Positions 38,810 to 51,442 of a stretch of DNA of 64,000 bases are shown one piece after another. Under the pieces are notes generated by a model, which was not told where the DNA came from, ran no database searches, and saw only the letters and a list, made by a program, of their open reading frames with translations. Location: contig NC_081331.1 in NCBI RefSeq assembly GCF_022539665.2, positions 8,494,001-8,558,000 of the forward strand. Direction: 5' to 3'. Every line of letters starts with the position of its first letter. Within the stretch, counting starts at the first letter, position 1. Made by a program: the position numbers and the translations under genes. Source of the stretch: Daphnia carinata (Eukaryota).

Positions 38810-40108
38810 TTAATTCTGTTTTTGTTCCTGCGGTCCTTCTTTGTTGTTTCTTCCGGGCGTTGCACATGGGTTGGCGCATGGTCCATTCTTGCATGGATTT
38901 GCGAGCTCTGGATCTTTCTGTCTACGTGGTGATGGGGGGAATCGCTCGAGTCGGATTCGGAGTTGGAGGAAGGGCGGGTGTTCTTTTGGGGTGGAAGCCG
39001 AGTTAGGAGGAGCGTTTCAAGCTTATCAAATCTACTAGCAAATTTTTCTTCGAAAGAATCGATTCTTTTTTTTGCTTTGGTAGCTTCCATGTTGGCGTGG
39101 TCGACTTTAATTTGGAGATTGCGGATGGTGGTATTCTGTAACGATTGAATTTCTTGTTTTAGTTGTCTAACGTCCTCCTTCAGGATTTCTACTTCGGAAG
39201 GATCGTGCTGGTGGTTGGGGACCGTAGAGGATCTAGTTATGGCTGCGCTATAGTTCGTCAGCCTTTTGATCCGAGCATCTGAGATGGATAGATTGTGATC
39301 CGTGGCGTATTTAATTAGTGACACCATTTCGGTGTAGGCTGGGCAATCTTTTGAATCGGGCGGGTGGTCGTGGCTATTACTTGACGCATTTTGGGGAGCA
39401 GAAGTGGGTAAGTGAGTGAATTCCGCCGCAGTTATTACATTTTTCTTCGTTGCTTGAGCAGTGGTTTCTGGTATGACCGAGTCTCCAGCATTTGTTGCAT
39501 TTGAAAGGGCTAGGGTAATAGGTATGCACAGGGAAGCTTAAAGCTATTAGAGTTAATCTAGGAGGAAGGGTTCTTTCGAATGTAAGGGCCACGGTACCTG
39601 AAGGCTCTTTTTTACCGGCAACAATTCTGGTGAAGCGTTCTACTTTGGTTACACCTTGGGGGCTGAGAAGTTCAAGTAAATCTGATTCTGTCTCCGATGT
39701 GGGGACCCTGTGGATGATGCCTTTTCGTCCATTGATAGATTTCGGTAGGGCTGCGGTAATAGAGCGGTTTGCTGCCTGTGTCAGGTTTAGAAGAGCCTCT
39801 TGCTGAGCTGCGTCGGTGGGGTAGACGAACAGGTCGCCTCCTCTTGGGGAGTCGGAGCGTTTAGGTTGGCCCACTTGTATAGCGATATCTTGGGTGATGG
39901 CTTTTAGTTCAGCCATGTCCATCTGCCTAAAATTAGCTTTGCCATCCGTTAATTTGATAATAACTGGGGGGAGGGTTATCGTTGAATGGGTATCATTTTG
40001 GTTGGTGTTTACAGGCCAATCTTCGTCGCTGTCGAGGTGAAGGCTTCTTTTGGCGGGCGGGGGTAGATGGTGCATGTTTAGTTGGGAGCGTGGCCAGCAC
40101 GCGTTCAT
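38806..40108 (-). pseudogene. LINE ORF1 (nucleic-acid-binding, CCHC knuckles), disrupted near 39377
   Basis: KGIIHRVP..VALTF..LPPRL, CNKCWRLGHTRNHC, CNNCGGIH, followed by a coiled coil. Confidence 0.85.
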
Positions 40109-41127
40109 TGAAGGTTGAGGCCGGGCCCTATTGGCCGGGCATTGGGGACGTTAGAGGGGGTAGAGTGAGAAAAAAACGGGGGAGGGCTTTTTTTTTTTTT
40201 TTTTTTTTTTTCTCTCTTTCTTTCAACCTACACGTTATAACACTGTTCACTTTTTATTTTCTTTTTTTTTCTTTTTATTTTATTATATTTTATTTTATTT
40301 TATTCCTTTGTTCACTAGGACACCAGAGAGAGCGAAAAAACCATATCCTTACACTTCCAAGCTTCAGACACGACTCCTAAACAAGCAACTTCAACGGTTC
40401 ATAGAATTGTAGGATGTTGACACTTCGAGCTTGCAACAGTCGTCTGCTTGTAGTAACCGTTGCCATATATATCGTAAAAAACAATATTTTGCGCAAGGGC
40501 AAACAGTGTTTTATTATGAAATTAACGTTTATTAAATTAATTTTATGTAATAATTTTCTTAGTTATCTGTGTATTAAGAGGTACTTAAGCGCCCTCCCAA
40601 GAATCTGTATTGAGGCACGAAGAAAAAAAAAGTGAATAGTGACACTAGTAAAGGGCGGGTGATGGTAGGCCTGAAAACACCAGTAAGAAAATGTAAAATG
40701 CAAAAATTCAAATACTGTGTAAACAAAACTACTTTTCTATTAAATGAGCTCTAAAAAGCAATAGAAAAAGTATATAATCCTGCAAAAATATTATGAATGT
40801 AAAGTTTTTAAAAAAAGTTAAAATACAGTGAAGAGGCGTCATATTGATAACGGTGTTTGAAGTGCAGAAACCAATATAACCCGTTCGGTTTTTTTTTCAT
40901 CATATAGGAAAAATAATGCCCATTTTACATTGATTTTTTATGATGGAGAACTAGGACCTCAAGGCTGGAGAAATAGGACCCTCAATATGGAGAAATAGGA
41001 CCCTTCAAAAAATGTTCGAAGATTGGTTCCTATTCCTCCAGGTGCTATTTCTCCAGGTCCTATTTGTAGGTCCTAAATCTCCGGGTCCTATTTCTCCAGG
41101 TCCTATTTCTCCGGCTACCTCTTACAC

Positions 41128-42154
41128 GCGTGTGTTACTTGCCGCCGCGTGAAGGGACCTCCGTATGCAACTCCGAACGACGCACCACTTCCAGCGGAAA
41201 GAGTGACAAGTGCCTTGCCATTTACGGTCACGGGAGTGGACTACACCGGAGCATACGTCATAAGGGGACCAAAAGAAGCTCCAAAACAAGATCAGAATAT
41301 TCACATTCTACTTTTCACGTGTGCGACCTCAAGGGCAATTCATCTAGAAGTCGTGGAAGAATTAACTACAAAAGCATTCAGTGAAGCTTTTCGCTGCTTC
41401 ACTACAGATCATTCGATACCATCAGTTATCATGTCGGATAACGCAACAACTTTTGAATGTGCAGCCAAAGCCTCTAGAAAAATCTTCACCAATCCTGGAC
41501 TCGTCCGACATATGACTCGTCCGTGATCTTCAAGTCGAGTGGCGATTCATCCCAAAAAGAGCTCCATGGTACGGGGGATTTTGGGAACCGCCAGTAGGTG
41601 TAACAAAAAGAGCTCTTGCAAAAATTATTGGACGTTCAAAACCGACAATGAGTGAATTGAGAGCCCTTAAAGCGGACGCTGAAACAGTCATCAACGATAG
41701 ACCTCTGGAGGAACCATCATCAGACCTCCAGGACGGGGAGACACTCAGTCCGGCTCACTTAATGTATGGGCGACGTATGGTCAGCCTTCCGTTCAACAGC
41801 GAAATGGCGGTGGAAATATTAGACCCCTCATTCAAGGAGGAACCTTCAGACATCAAAAAGTCGGTCGTCAAACATCAAAAACTGCTGAACCAGTTTCAAA
41901 AGCAATTTATGGTAAATTACATTCCAGCTCTACGCGAATATCATCGAGCAACACACAAAATGCAGCCAACGGTGGTTAAAGAAAAGGATATTGTACTTAT
42001 TCAAGACGAAGGACCAAGGAAGAAGTGGAAACTCGCGGTAGTAGAAACGCTCATCAGAGGAAAAGACAATCAAGTGCGAGCCGTTGAGGACCGCACAGCT
42101 AAGGGAAAAAGCAACCGCCCTATATCTAAATTACATCCGCTAACACACATCTAA
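41128..42154 (+). pseudogene. BEL-1 integrase core and C-terminus
   Basis: GVDYTG, FTCATSRAIHLE, SDNATTF, PWYGGFWE, INDRPL, W-rich C-terminal DUF5641-like region. Confidence 0.9.
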
Positions 42155-44170
42155 ATTACACCGAAACAATAAAATTATGTCCAATGTCTAATTTGTGTGG
42201 CCCGCAATATGTCGGATATTTTCCAAATATCCTCTACTTTCTCCAAGGGCTTTTCATCCCCCATCTTCATCTTTACCCCACTAAGCATCCTCGCGTCTAC
42301 CCCTTCTTTTTCCACCCCAAAACCACGCGACTTTTCGCATCTCTTTTGTTTTTCTAACCCTTCGGGTCCTCATGTGACCACCAAGACAGTCTCACTGTAA
42401 CTCTCTCTCTATTAAGTGGTGCATGTAGCACAACTCTTTAATGGCGATTTTCCACCAAAATACACAACGTAGGAAGTGAACACAATACCTCTCATCTAAT
42501 TCGAAAACTAATTGTCAATCTTTCACCAATCCCATTTTCTCGGGATTATCGTGAAAGATTCTCGACAAAAGCAGACGCATTTCTGTTTGCTTTTACGGGG
42601 ATAGAGACAGTGGTATCCCCCGTCATAAGTACCTAAAGGTTTCGACAGACGTACCCCAAAAAACGACAAACCTACCCCAACAGACCTACCCCTACAGAAA
42701 ATGGAAAAACATCTCCCGTAAAAGCTACCCCGACATATGTACCCAGTAAGAAATTAAAAAACGCTTCAATCACAACTACCCTTTTAAAAATTTATTTTTA
42801 AAAAACCGACTTATCTACCCATTTGTCTAACTGAGACCAACAAGCCTAGTCCTTCGCTGGACACTGATCGACATACTTACCTCTCCGATTAATACAGTCA
42901 GACACACCTACAGTACGACATACCCTTTCGATTAATACAGTCCGACATTTCTACTCCTTCACTGGAAATTGATTGACATACCTACCCCTGCGGTTAATAC
43001 ACTCCAACACACCTACCCCTGTGGTTAATACACTCCGACACACCTACCCCTTCTGTAAAAACAGTTCGACACTCCTACCCCTTCGTTTTAAATATCCGAC
43101 TTACCTACCCCTTCGTTTAATAGAGCCCTACGCACCTACCCATTTGTTACAGGATTTTTAAAAAATGTATTTAGACTGGCTTCAGTCTATCTCTGATAAG
43201 CAGTATCCATTTTTACTCATCTTTTTGCTCGTAAGATAAGATGAGGAAACAAGAGGATACCGCTTACCCTATTGTTTTCATTATTTGATCAGCTTTAATA
43301 TTTTTATAATACTATGAAGTAGATTACAAAATATTCAATGAAGATTTTCCCTGCCTAGTTAATATTCTGGCCACCGTCTCCAAACGACCTAATTTTTCTG
43401 TTTCTATACCTACCATATTACCCCGTTTCCATAAATAAGTTGAAGTCTAAAACTCTAAGCGGAACTGGGAAAACTGATAGGAAGGATTGTGTCACCTACG
43501 ATGCTGCCCTCGCGGGCAGGGCTGTAGGGGGCACGAGCCTACTACGTTATTTTGTGCCATTTAGTTTTGTGTTCTTTGTCTTTGATGGGGGGGGGGGTTG
43601 GGTCGTTTGGTTACAGGCCAGTTCTTCTGTGGTCCGGCAGTATTGTATTAGTAGCCGACCCAGACAGTCTTTGTTCGTCTCATCTTCAGTTTTAAAATCC
43701 AGACAAGTTGTCTCGTTTTTGTCTCACCGTTTTGTCCAGTGTTGTTTAAATTCCGACTCAGTCTTGTTCCCCCTTTTTCTCAATCTAGCGTGCGGTCCCT
43801 TTTGTTCATTCCCAATCCAGCAATAAAGTTTGTTTCTTTTTCAATCTCTCATCGTCATTTTCATTCACCCTCATCATCATCTCTCATCTCTCTTTGTTGC
43901 AAACTTCGCACGGAGTCAGCAACAAATGGTGCCGAAACCCGGGATTTGACGAACGCGCGCATTTCCCGTCCTCGTTAGTAAAACCCTCGCTTGATTTGTA
44001 AATTGTCGAGTATTCTCCCTGTAAAGCTTTGGCAGACGTCTACACCAGCCTGAAGGCACCCACCAGTCCACCACGCGTTTGCCATCTGACTAGAAGATCG
44101 GTGTATCTACGTGAATCAGCGACATCCGTTAACGTGTGACTCTATCAGCCTAAAACAACGTTTCTACGTC

Positions 44171-47100
44171 ATGAGTGAAGCCGTACCCAAAGCCGAAAAT
44201 ATGGAAATTGGCCACATTTGGGAACACGGCCCTAACCCGAAGGTAGACGAATCGAAACCTGAACGGCAGAAGAGTGAACGGCCATTACTTCCCGAAAACG
44301 ATCTTAAGAAGAAACGTGGGAAGAGAAAGGCGGCCAACACAAAGTTAACGACACAACTAAGAAAGGCAGTGGAAGACCACAAGATGGAAGCCATCAGATG
44401 GAAGAAGTTACAAATAACCGCATGGCGTGACGAATTGATTCGTATATACGAAGAAGTCAAAACAATTCACAACCAGTATGCAGAAAGTATATCCGGCCTG
44501 ACTGAGCAACATGATCAGAGCAAGCAACATGGGAAAAAAATATTCGAGTCTTTACCCACGTCGACGTCCAAAGGTGTGAAGTTCGACGAAAGGAAGCCCG
44601 TCAAGAAACCCAGCTTCCCACACACGTCGACCATTGGACACGTATCGACGATGGAAGGTTCGAAAGTAGCGGCATCAACATCTTCAGCAACCATGCCTCC
44701 AAAGAGCCGATCAACATCGGGGAAGATGCTAGCCGAGAAGAGGAACGGTGGAAATGCTTTGTATCTAACGGCAGGAGCCACCATCTCTCAACCTGCACCG
44801 TCTTCACGTCTCTCACGCCCACGAAAAGGGCTGAGAAAGTATTCAAGTCCGGAAGATGTCTGTTATGTCTTACCGGAAAACACGAATGCAAGGAGTGTCT
44901 CAGGGACATCAGCTGTACTATTGCTGATTGTACTGGAGCTCGACACCACACCTTGCTTCACGGATCCGAATTCATCCCATTGAGGAGGCTAGCGGATCAA
45001 CCGGCTCCCTCAGCGCCACCTTCGACAGCATTCCTTGGGACCTTGACCCATTTGGAAACAGTAAAACGACGTGTACGTTTCAAGATCGTACCGGTTCGTG
45101 TTGGAGCTGGCAAAACGTGGGTCGACACTTTCGGTTTCCTGGATACCGGAAGCGACACCACGCAGTTTCGGAGCGACTTAGTAAGAAAGTTGGGACTCGT
45201 TGGGCCATCCAAACGCATCAACGTCGTCTCGTATAACGGAGCCACGTCTAACGTTACGGCATCCGTAGTAAACTTCGCCTTAACATAACGTGATGGTCAA
45301 AGCCAGTTTGAAGTCAAGCACGCTTACGTCGTCGACAATTTGAAGGTGACGCCGAATTCGCCGATCGACCCTCGACAGTTGGAGTCATGGAAACACCTAA
45401 TTGGTATTGACGTCCCGACTGTGCAACAAGAGGACGTGACCGTGCTGATAGGAATCGACGTCGCAGAGGCCCATGATCATGTAGCGTCCATCAAGCCGCC
45501 GGCTGGAACGACTGGGCCCAATGCCTTCAAGACGCCGTTTGGTTGGTGTTTGGGTGGACAAACGGGCCCGCCACAAGACGGACGCCCGTTCATCGCTCAT
45601 TTGGTCACCGAGGAACGTCCCGAAGACCTGAACGAGCTGGTGAAGACGTTTTGGCAACTTGAGGCCAACGAAGTAGAAATAGAACCACCCGTTCTATCCG
45701 AGGATGATCTACGTGGAAAACGCATTCTCGAATCGTCAGTAAAACTTATCGGTAACCAGTATCAAGTCGGCTTAATGTGGAAAGCCGACGACGTAAATCT
45801 CCCAAACAATCGGGCATCTGCATTGAAGAGGCTCTACGCCCTCGAACGACGTTTTCATCGAGAAGCGGGGTTTGCCCAAAAGTACGATGCAGTGGTCAAG
45901 GAGTACATCGGTTTGAAACATGCCCGACTCCTCACGACTCAGGAAGCCCGGGCGGAGACGAAAAGGAAATGGTATCTACCACACCACGGGGTCGTGAGCC
46001 CTTCTAGCTCATCGACCAAAGTTCGTGTCGTATTCGATGGAGCTGCTGAGTTTGGTGGCACATCGATAAATCAAAACCTGCTTCGGGGCCCTAACTTACT
46101 CGTTAGCTTACTTGGTGTGCTCATCCGCTTCCGCCGCAACTTCGTGCCAGTCGAAGGGGACATTGAGAAAATGTTCCACCAAGTGAAAGTCCCAGAAGAA
46201 GACCAGGCAGCATTCCGATTCCTCTACCGGACGCCTGGCAGTATTTCCGCTCCCTTAACGTGCCAGATGACCGTTCACGTATTTGGAGCAATATCATCAC
46301 GGACGAGCTGCATTTTCACCCTCAGCAAGACGGCCGATGACCACCACAGCCAGTTTCCAGATGTAGCTGATAGCGTTCGTCGTAATTTCTACGTCGACAA
46401 TTATCTCGACTCCCTCGACTCCGAAGACGAGGTCATACGACGGTCCCGCGAAATGAAGTCCCTTCTCCAGTTAGGAGGTTTCAATTTGACAAAATGGACG
46501 TCGTCATCGAGAACGGTGATCGCAGCGTTACGAGAATTCGGCCTCGCGTCACCAACACTGGATCTGGACTTGGAGAAACTACCCGTCGAGAGAACCCTTG
46601 GAGTAATGTGGGACAGCGAGCGAGATATGCTGACTTTCAAGATTCGGAAGCCGCCCAACAACGTGACCCTCACGAAGCGGGTCTTCCTAAGCATCATCTC
46701 TAGCGTCTATGACCCGTTGGGACTTGTTGCACCAGTTATCTTCGTGATGAAGTCTTTGCTCCAAGACATCTGGACCAACGAAGATCGGATCGGTTGGGAC
46801 GACGTCGTACCGGAAGCATTGAGTCAACGTTTCTACTGCTGGTACAACCATCTGGAAAATTTGGAGTCTCTGTCAGTGCCGAGATGCTTCCGTTTCAAAC
46901 GAGGACGTTGGACTCAACAGCACCTCCACGTCTTCACGGATGCAAGCTCCAAAGGGTACGGAGCGGTAGCCTATTTCCGCACGGTATTCGAAGATCAGTC
47001 GATCAACGTGTCTTTCGTTATGTCAAAAACACACGTCACGCCGATGAAAGGTCTCACGATTCCACGTTTGGAGCTACAAGCTGCCGTAGAAGGTCTCAAC

Positions 47101-48930
47101 ATCGCCCTCACGATTTGCCGTGAACTAGAAATCGATTTGCGCCATGTGACCATCCCCTCGGACTCACAAACGGTGTTGCGGTGGATCCATTCCAAAACTT
47201 GTCGATTTGAAGTCTTCGTCAACAACCGCATTGGAAAAATACTCCGTAACACAGGTCGTCGACAATGGCGTCACGTTGCTGGAGACTTGAACCCAGCGGA
47301 CCTCTGCAGTAGGGGTATCGACCCAAAGGATGTCAACGAACTGGTACACTTTCATCGCGGGCCACCTTTCCTGAATCTAGACCCCTCGGAGTGGTACACT
47401 TGGGAAGATATCGCGGAGCCGGAAGAACGAGACGTAAACGTGATTCGTGTCTTGGCAGTCAAAACGGAAGACGAAAATCATGTCATCGCTCGATGTGTCG
47501 CACGTTTTTCCAGTTTGTTGAGACTTCAACGAGGGCTGGCCTGGAGTACAAGATTTGCCAACAACGCCAGAGCGAAACTACGTGACAAAAAACCCATGGT
47601 CGGAGAGCTAACGGTAGAAGGAATGGTAACGTCACTGACAAAATGCATCGTACGTGCACAGGAATTGTCCTTTGCTGAAGAATTCTACGCCCTTCGCAAG
47701 AATCTGGAACTACCACTCAGATCGAAACTTCGCACCTTCCAGCCCATCTTGGAGGAAGTCGGACAGATCGGAATTGGCGGACGTATACTTCAAGCGCCGA
47801 TCGACTATGCAGCTAAGCACCCCATACTTCTACCAGCATCTCAACCTTTAACAAAAAGGATAATTTGGAATCACCACGTTAGACACATGCACGTCAAGAC
47901 AGAAAGATTGCTGACAGACCTACGTTCACGCTTTTGGATACTTTCCGGACGTAAGGTTGTAAAATCTGTCATCAATAACTGCTGGCCTTGCAAGCGGACT
48001 TCAGCGATACCTAGTCCTCCGTTGATGGCTTCTCTACCAGTCCATCGTTTAACACCCCATCTGCCTGCGTTCACGTACACAGGGATCGACTACTTTGGAC
48101 CCTTGACTGTACGAGTTGGTGGACGAGGACGAAGACATGAAAAACGTTGGGTCAGCCTATTCACGTGCTTCACCACACGAGCAGTTCACTTGGAATTGGC
48201 CAACGGGCTCAGTATGGAGGAGTTCTTACTCTGCTTCTCCCGTTTTGTTAGCCTACGCGGAAAACCGCAGGTTGTTTATAGCGACAATGGGACAAACTTT
48301 GTCGCCGCCGAGCACGAGTTGCGACAAGCCCTAGAAGAACTTGTTACCAAACACCAAGAACTTCGAACAGTAATGGCTTGTCAAGAAACAGACTGTCACT
48401 TCTCTCCATCCCATGGACCCCACTTCGGTGGTGTTTGGGAAAGAATTGTACAATCCTGTAAGCGGGCAATGAAATCCAGCATAGGCAATTACCTAGTCAC
48501 GGATCAAGTACTACGAACCGTAATCGCGTATGGATCCAGAAGACCCGGATCCATTAACGCCAAATCACTTTCTACACGGTGGAGCTCGGCGGTACTTGCC
48601 CCTACTATTGGCCGACGTGGAAGACATGAACGTAACTAACAAGCAGTTTCTGCAGAGTCAGGCCATCCTCCAACATTTTTAGAATAGGTGGTTACGTGAA
48701 TACGTTCCACATTTAACTGAAAAAAGAAAATGGCAAGAAAATAGGCCTAACGTCACCGTGGGAGACCTGGTGTTGGTAATTGAACCAATACCTTGCGTGG
48801 GCAGTGGCCGATGGGAAAAGTGCTTGAGGTCATCCCCAGCACCACGGATAATGTCGTTCGAGTTGTAAAAGTGAAGCTTGGCAACCATCCAAAACCATGT
48901 ATTCGGCCGGTGGCCAAATTGTGTATTATG
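44171..48930 (+). pseudogene. BEL-2 gag-pol (internally deleted gag, stop at 45286, largely open RT-RH-IN at 45340-48639, frameshifted IN tail)
   Basis: CLLCLTGKHECKEC, FLDTGSD, WYLPHHGV, DIEKMF, FYVDNYL, HVFTDAS, NPADLCSRG, GIDYFGP, SDNGTNF, FGGVWER. Confidence 0.93.
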
Positions 48931-49345
48931 GTTGCGGCAAAAGAACAACAAGTCTACGCAAAATAAGACAAAAAGGAATCTTCCACAGCGTAAACGTTCA
49001 ATTTCAGTATGGTAAAATGTAAATACTGTCAGTACTGGAGCTACAATTAGTAGCTTCCCTTGCAAACTAAAATTGTAACTGCAACAAGTAAAATCACAAT
49101 GTTAAACTCAAATGAGAACAACGTAGGACAATCGCAGCTCAAAGCCTGGTGGAGGATTCACTAAGCTCAACGCCACCCATATTCAAGTTAAAATATAGGG
49201 CAAAGGACAAAAGTTAGGTCACTTGCTGTTTAGCAACACAAAAACTGGAAACCGTTTAGCCGGTCCTGCTAGCACACGACAGTCAGTTGACCTAACTTCA
49301 TCCAGTATTCACGTCTCCCGTTAGCTCCACTTTCAACACTTCAAA

Positions 49346-49997
49346 ATGGCCGAAAATCCTCTCCCATCTGTGGCATCCGTTAAAGACAATTTTGAAAGTG
49401 AGCCGTGAGCGGGAAGAAGAGTGCGTTGCCAACTTAAAGGAAACCATAGAAGAAATTTCGAAGGGGAAAAAAGAAGCCGTCGACCACGTGTACAAGGCCC
49501 AACTTGCAGTCCTACGTCTCGATGAGGAGCTGGAGAAGAGGCAACAAGACTTAGTGAACGTGCACGTTCACTTCAAGAGCGAGAGAGAGACCTTGATGAG
49601 TTGGTACATCGGGTCTCTCTTACGCAGGGATCGTGAAAAGGCGACCGAGGCCCCGGTACCCACACCGGTCGCCACTCCAGATCGTCCGACGTACATCATT
49701 TCCTTGCACACCCCTAACATCCCGTGCTTCTTGAAGTCGCACGTCACTGGATCGACACCCTGCAAGAAAATGATTTCCAGCTGCGAGGACTTCATGCTCC
49801 TCACGAACCAAGACCGGTTGGAGCTACTTTTCCAGCAACGCCGGTGTTTTGGCTGTTTTGTGCCGACGGCCATAGCTGGGCACGTGAGGCTCCTCGATTG
49901 TCCCCATCCTCGTCAGTGCGGGCTGTGCCACACCCGCGATCATCACCAGATCCTATGTGGCACCAAGAAGACGTACAAGGATCTTCCCAGCCATTAA
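49346..49997 (+). CDS. Extra ORF downstream of the BEL-2 integrase: coiled coil plus gag-like Cys/His knuckles (probable frameshift near 49385)
   Basis: Open 49392-49997; C-terminus SSCEDF..LT..DR..RCFGC..H..DC..CGLC..HH..L mirrors the element's own gag knuckles. Confidence 0.6.
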
Positions 49998-50759
49998 AAA
50001 TAATGGATGTCAAGTTTATACGTTGGAAGTTGTTCCCTGTTTTGTTTTCATGCACCTGTTGTCACAGTGGGTCCCGCTGTCACCTACGATGCTGCCCTCG
50101 CGGGCAGGGCTGTAGGGGGCACGGGCCTACTACGTTATTTTGTGCCATTTAATTTGTGTTCTTTGTCTTTGATGGGGGGGGGGGAGTTGGGTCGTTTGGT
50201 TACAGGCCAGTTTTTCTGTGGTCCGGCAGTATTGTATTAGTAGCCGACCCAGACAGTCTTTGTTCGTCTCATCTTCAGTTTTAAAATCCAGACAAGTTGT
50301 CTCGTTTTTGCCTCACCGTTTTGTCCAGTCTTGTTTAAATTCCGACTCGGTTTTGTTCCCCCTTTTTCTTTCAATCAAGCGTGCGGTCCCTTTTGTTCAT
50401 TCCCAATCCAGCAATAAAGTTTTTTTTTTCATCTCTCATCGTCATTTTCATTCACCCTCATCATCATCTCTCATCTCTCTCTGTTGCAAACTTCGCACGG
50501 AGTCAGCAACAGATTGTTTTGTTTTGTATTTTATGTGAATTAAACTTAGTAATAACCTATGCGAGACGGAAGAGGCAAAGAAGGTGGAGGAGGTGGTGAG
50601 GACTCCTCCTGTTGTCGAATGTTTGTTTCCCCTTCCTGGCATTGCTAAGACTTCTTCTATTCCTTTCTGAATCTGTTGTCAAAATGTCTTCAATGTCTAA
50701 AGCCGATTTGCATTACTCTTTTCTTCTGGGCATTATGTGAACGACGAATTATAGTTATC

Positions 50760-51100
50760 TATTAAAGACTTCATCAGAACAGAAAGTCAACTTGTTGATA
50801 TATTTACTCAGACTCTGGCAGCACAAACTTTTGATGAGATGAGAAGGGGGATCAGTGTAGGAAAGATATCTGATTAAGTCAACAAGGGTTTGAGGAAGAG
50901 TGTTAATTTCAATATGTTTATGGCAAACCCTTTTCTTCTCTTCTTATATTCTTACTAATATTGCACTAACACAAAAGGATGCTGTTTAGCCTCGGTATTT
51001 TTTCCCCTAATTCCCTTTCGTCTGCTACTGTAAATTGTCAAGAGCTTCTGTCGCACACTTTTACTTATATAATAATCGCTGCAAGTGGTAAAGTCCTGTA
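50760..51100 (+). mobile_element. Copia 3' remnant (RNase H tail, PPT, start of LTR at 50901); right boundary uncertain
   Basis: TESQLVDIFTQTLAAQTFDEMRRGISV*, then TTTGAGGAAGAG-TGTT. Confidence 0.6.
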
Positions 51101-51442
51101 GCGTATGTAATAGTTGTACAAGTTGTTCAAGTTAGAACTGTGAGTTATTATTTATAGTATTAATTGTAGGGTAGTTGCGGCAACACAATTATCGCCGTGC
51201 TGCGACAGAAAAATCTATCCAGCGTTTCTCCCATAAGCCGGCTATCATTTCTCCAGCCCACAATTCCAAAACGAACCAAAAGGCATAAGTAGTCTCGTTC
51301 GTCATTTCAAGGTAACGAATAATAGTATGGAGAAAGTAACCTGAACAGGAATTTTCTAGGAACTTTCTTCATTGAAAACTTTCTAGTCTGTCTTTGTAAC
51401 CCCCTTCATATCATCATAATATTGTTAAAGCTGATCAAATAA

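Larger units (their letters stand above)
34835..40379 (-). mobile_element. Full-length non-LTR retrotransposon, I group (I/Nimb-like, RNase H-containing), defective
   Basis: Poly(A) tail (T run 34835-34852), TSD AACAAGCAAC(TT), two ORFs with APE-RT-RNase H. Confidence 0.94.
34293..40466 (-). pseudogene. Captured 5' exons of an unidentified gene (type II membrane anchor-like), first exon split by the LINE
   Basis: ATG at 40466. After removing the LINE and one TSD copy it reads MATVTTSRRLLQARSVNILQFYEPLKLLVVSGVCLT|GLAVLVHFKFMLALAPQKKKIYLEGK| across GT-AG introns. Later exons have stops. Confidence 0.5.
30685..41119. mobile_element. Non-autonomous Mutator/foldback-like TIR element carrying host gene fragments (Pack-MULE-like)
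   Basis: Ends GATTGCCGGAGAAATAGGACC / GGTAGCCGGAGAAATAGGACC, arms made of tandem GGAGAAATAGGACC units, 8-bp TSD TCTTACAC. Excision restores the integrase IKDILH|ACVTCRRVKGP. Confidence 0.88.
16703..42567 (+). mobile_element. BEL/Pao LTR retrotransposon 1 (defective, split by two large insertions)
   Basis: LTRs 16703-17059 and 42210-42567 (TG..CA, ~9 substitutions and 1 indel), 5-bp TSD AAAGC, PBS TGGTGCCGTAACCAGGATTCG (tRNA-His-like). Confidence 0.96.
43490..50511 (+). mobile_element. BEL/Pao LTR retrotransposon 2
   Basis: LTRs 43490-43924 and 50078-50511 (TG..CA), 5-bp TSD GATTG, PBS TGGTGCCGAAACCCGGGAT (tRNA-Phe-like). Confidence 0.96.

Noticed and set aside
17287..49873. Numerous antisense ORFs overlapping gag, pol, LINE and transposase genes
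   Set aside because: They are shadow ORFs of the real coding frames on the opposite strand.
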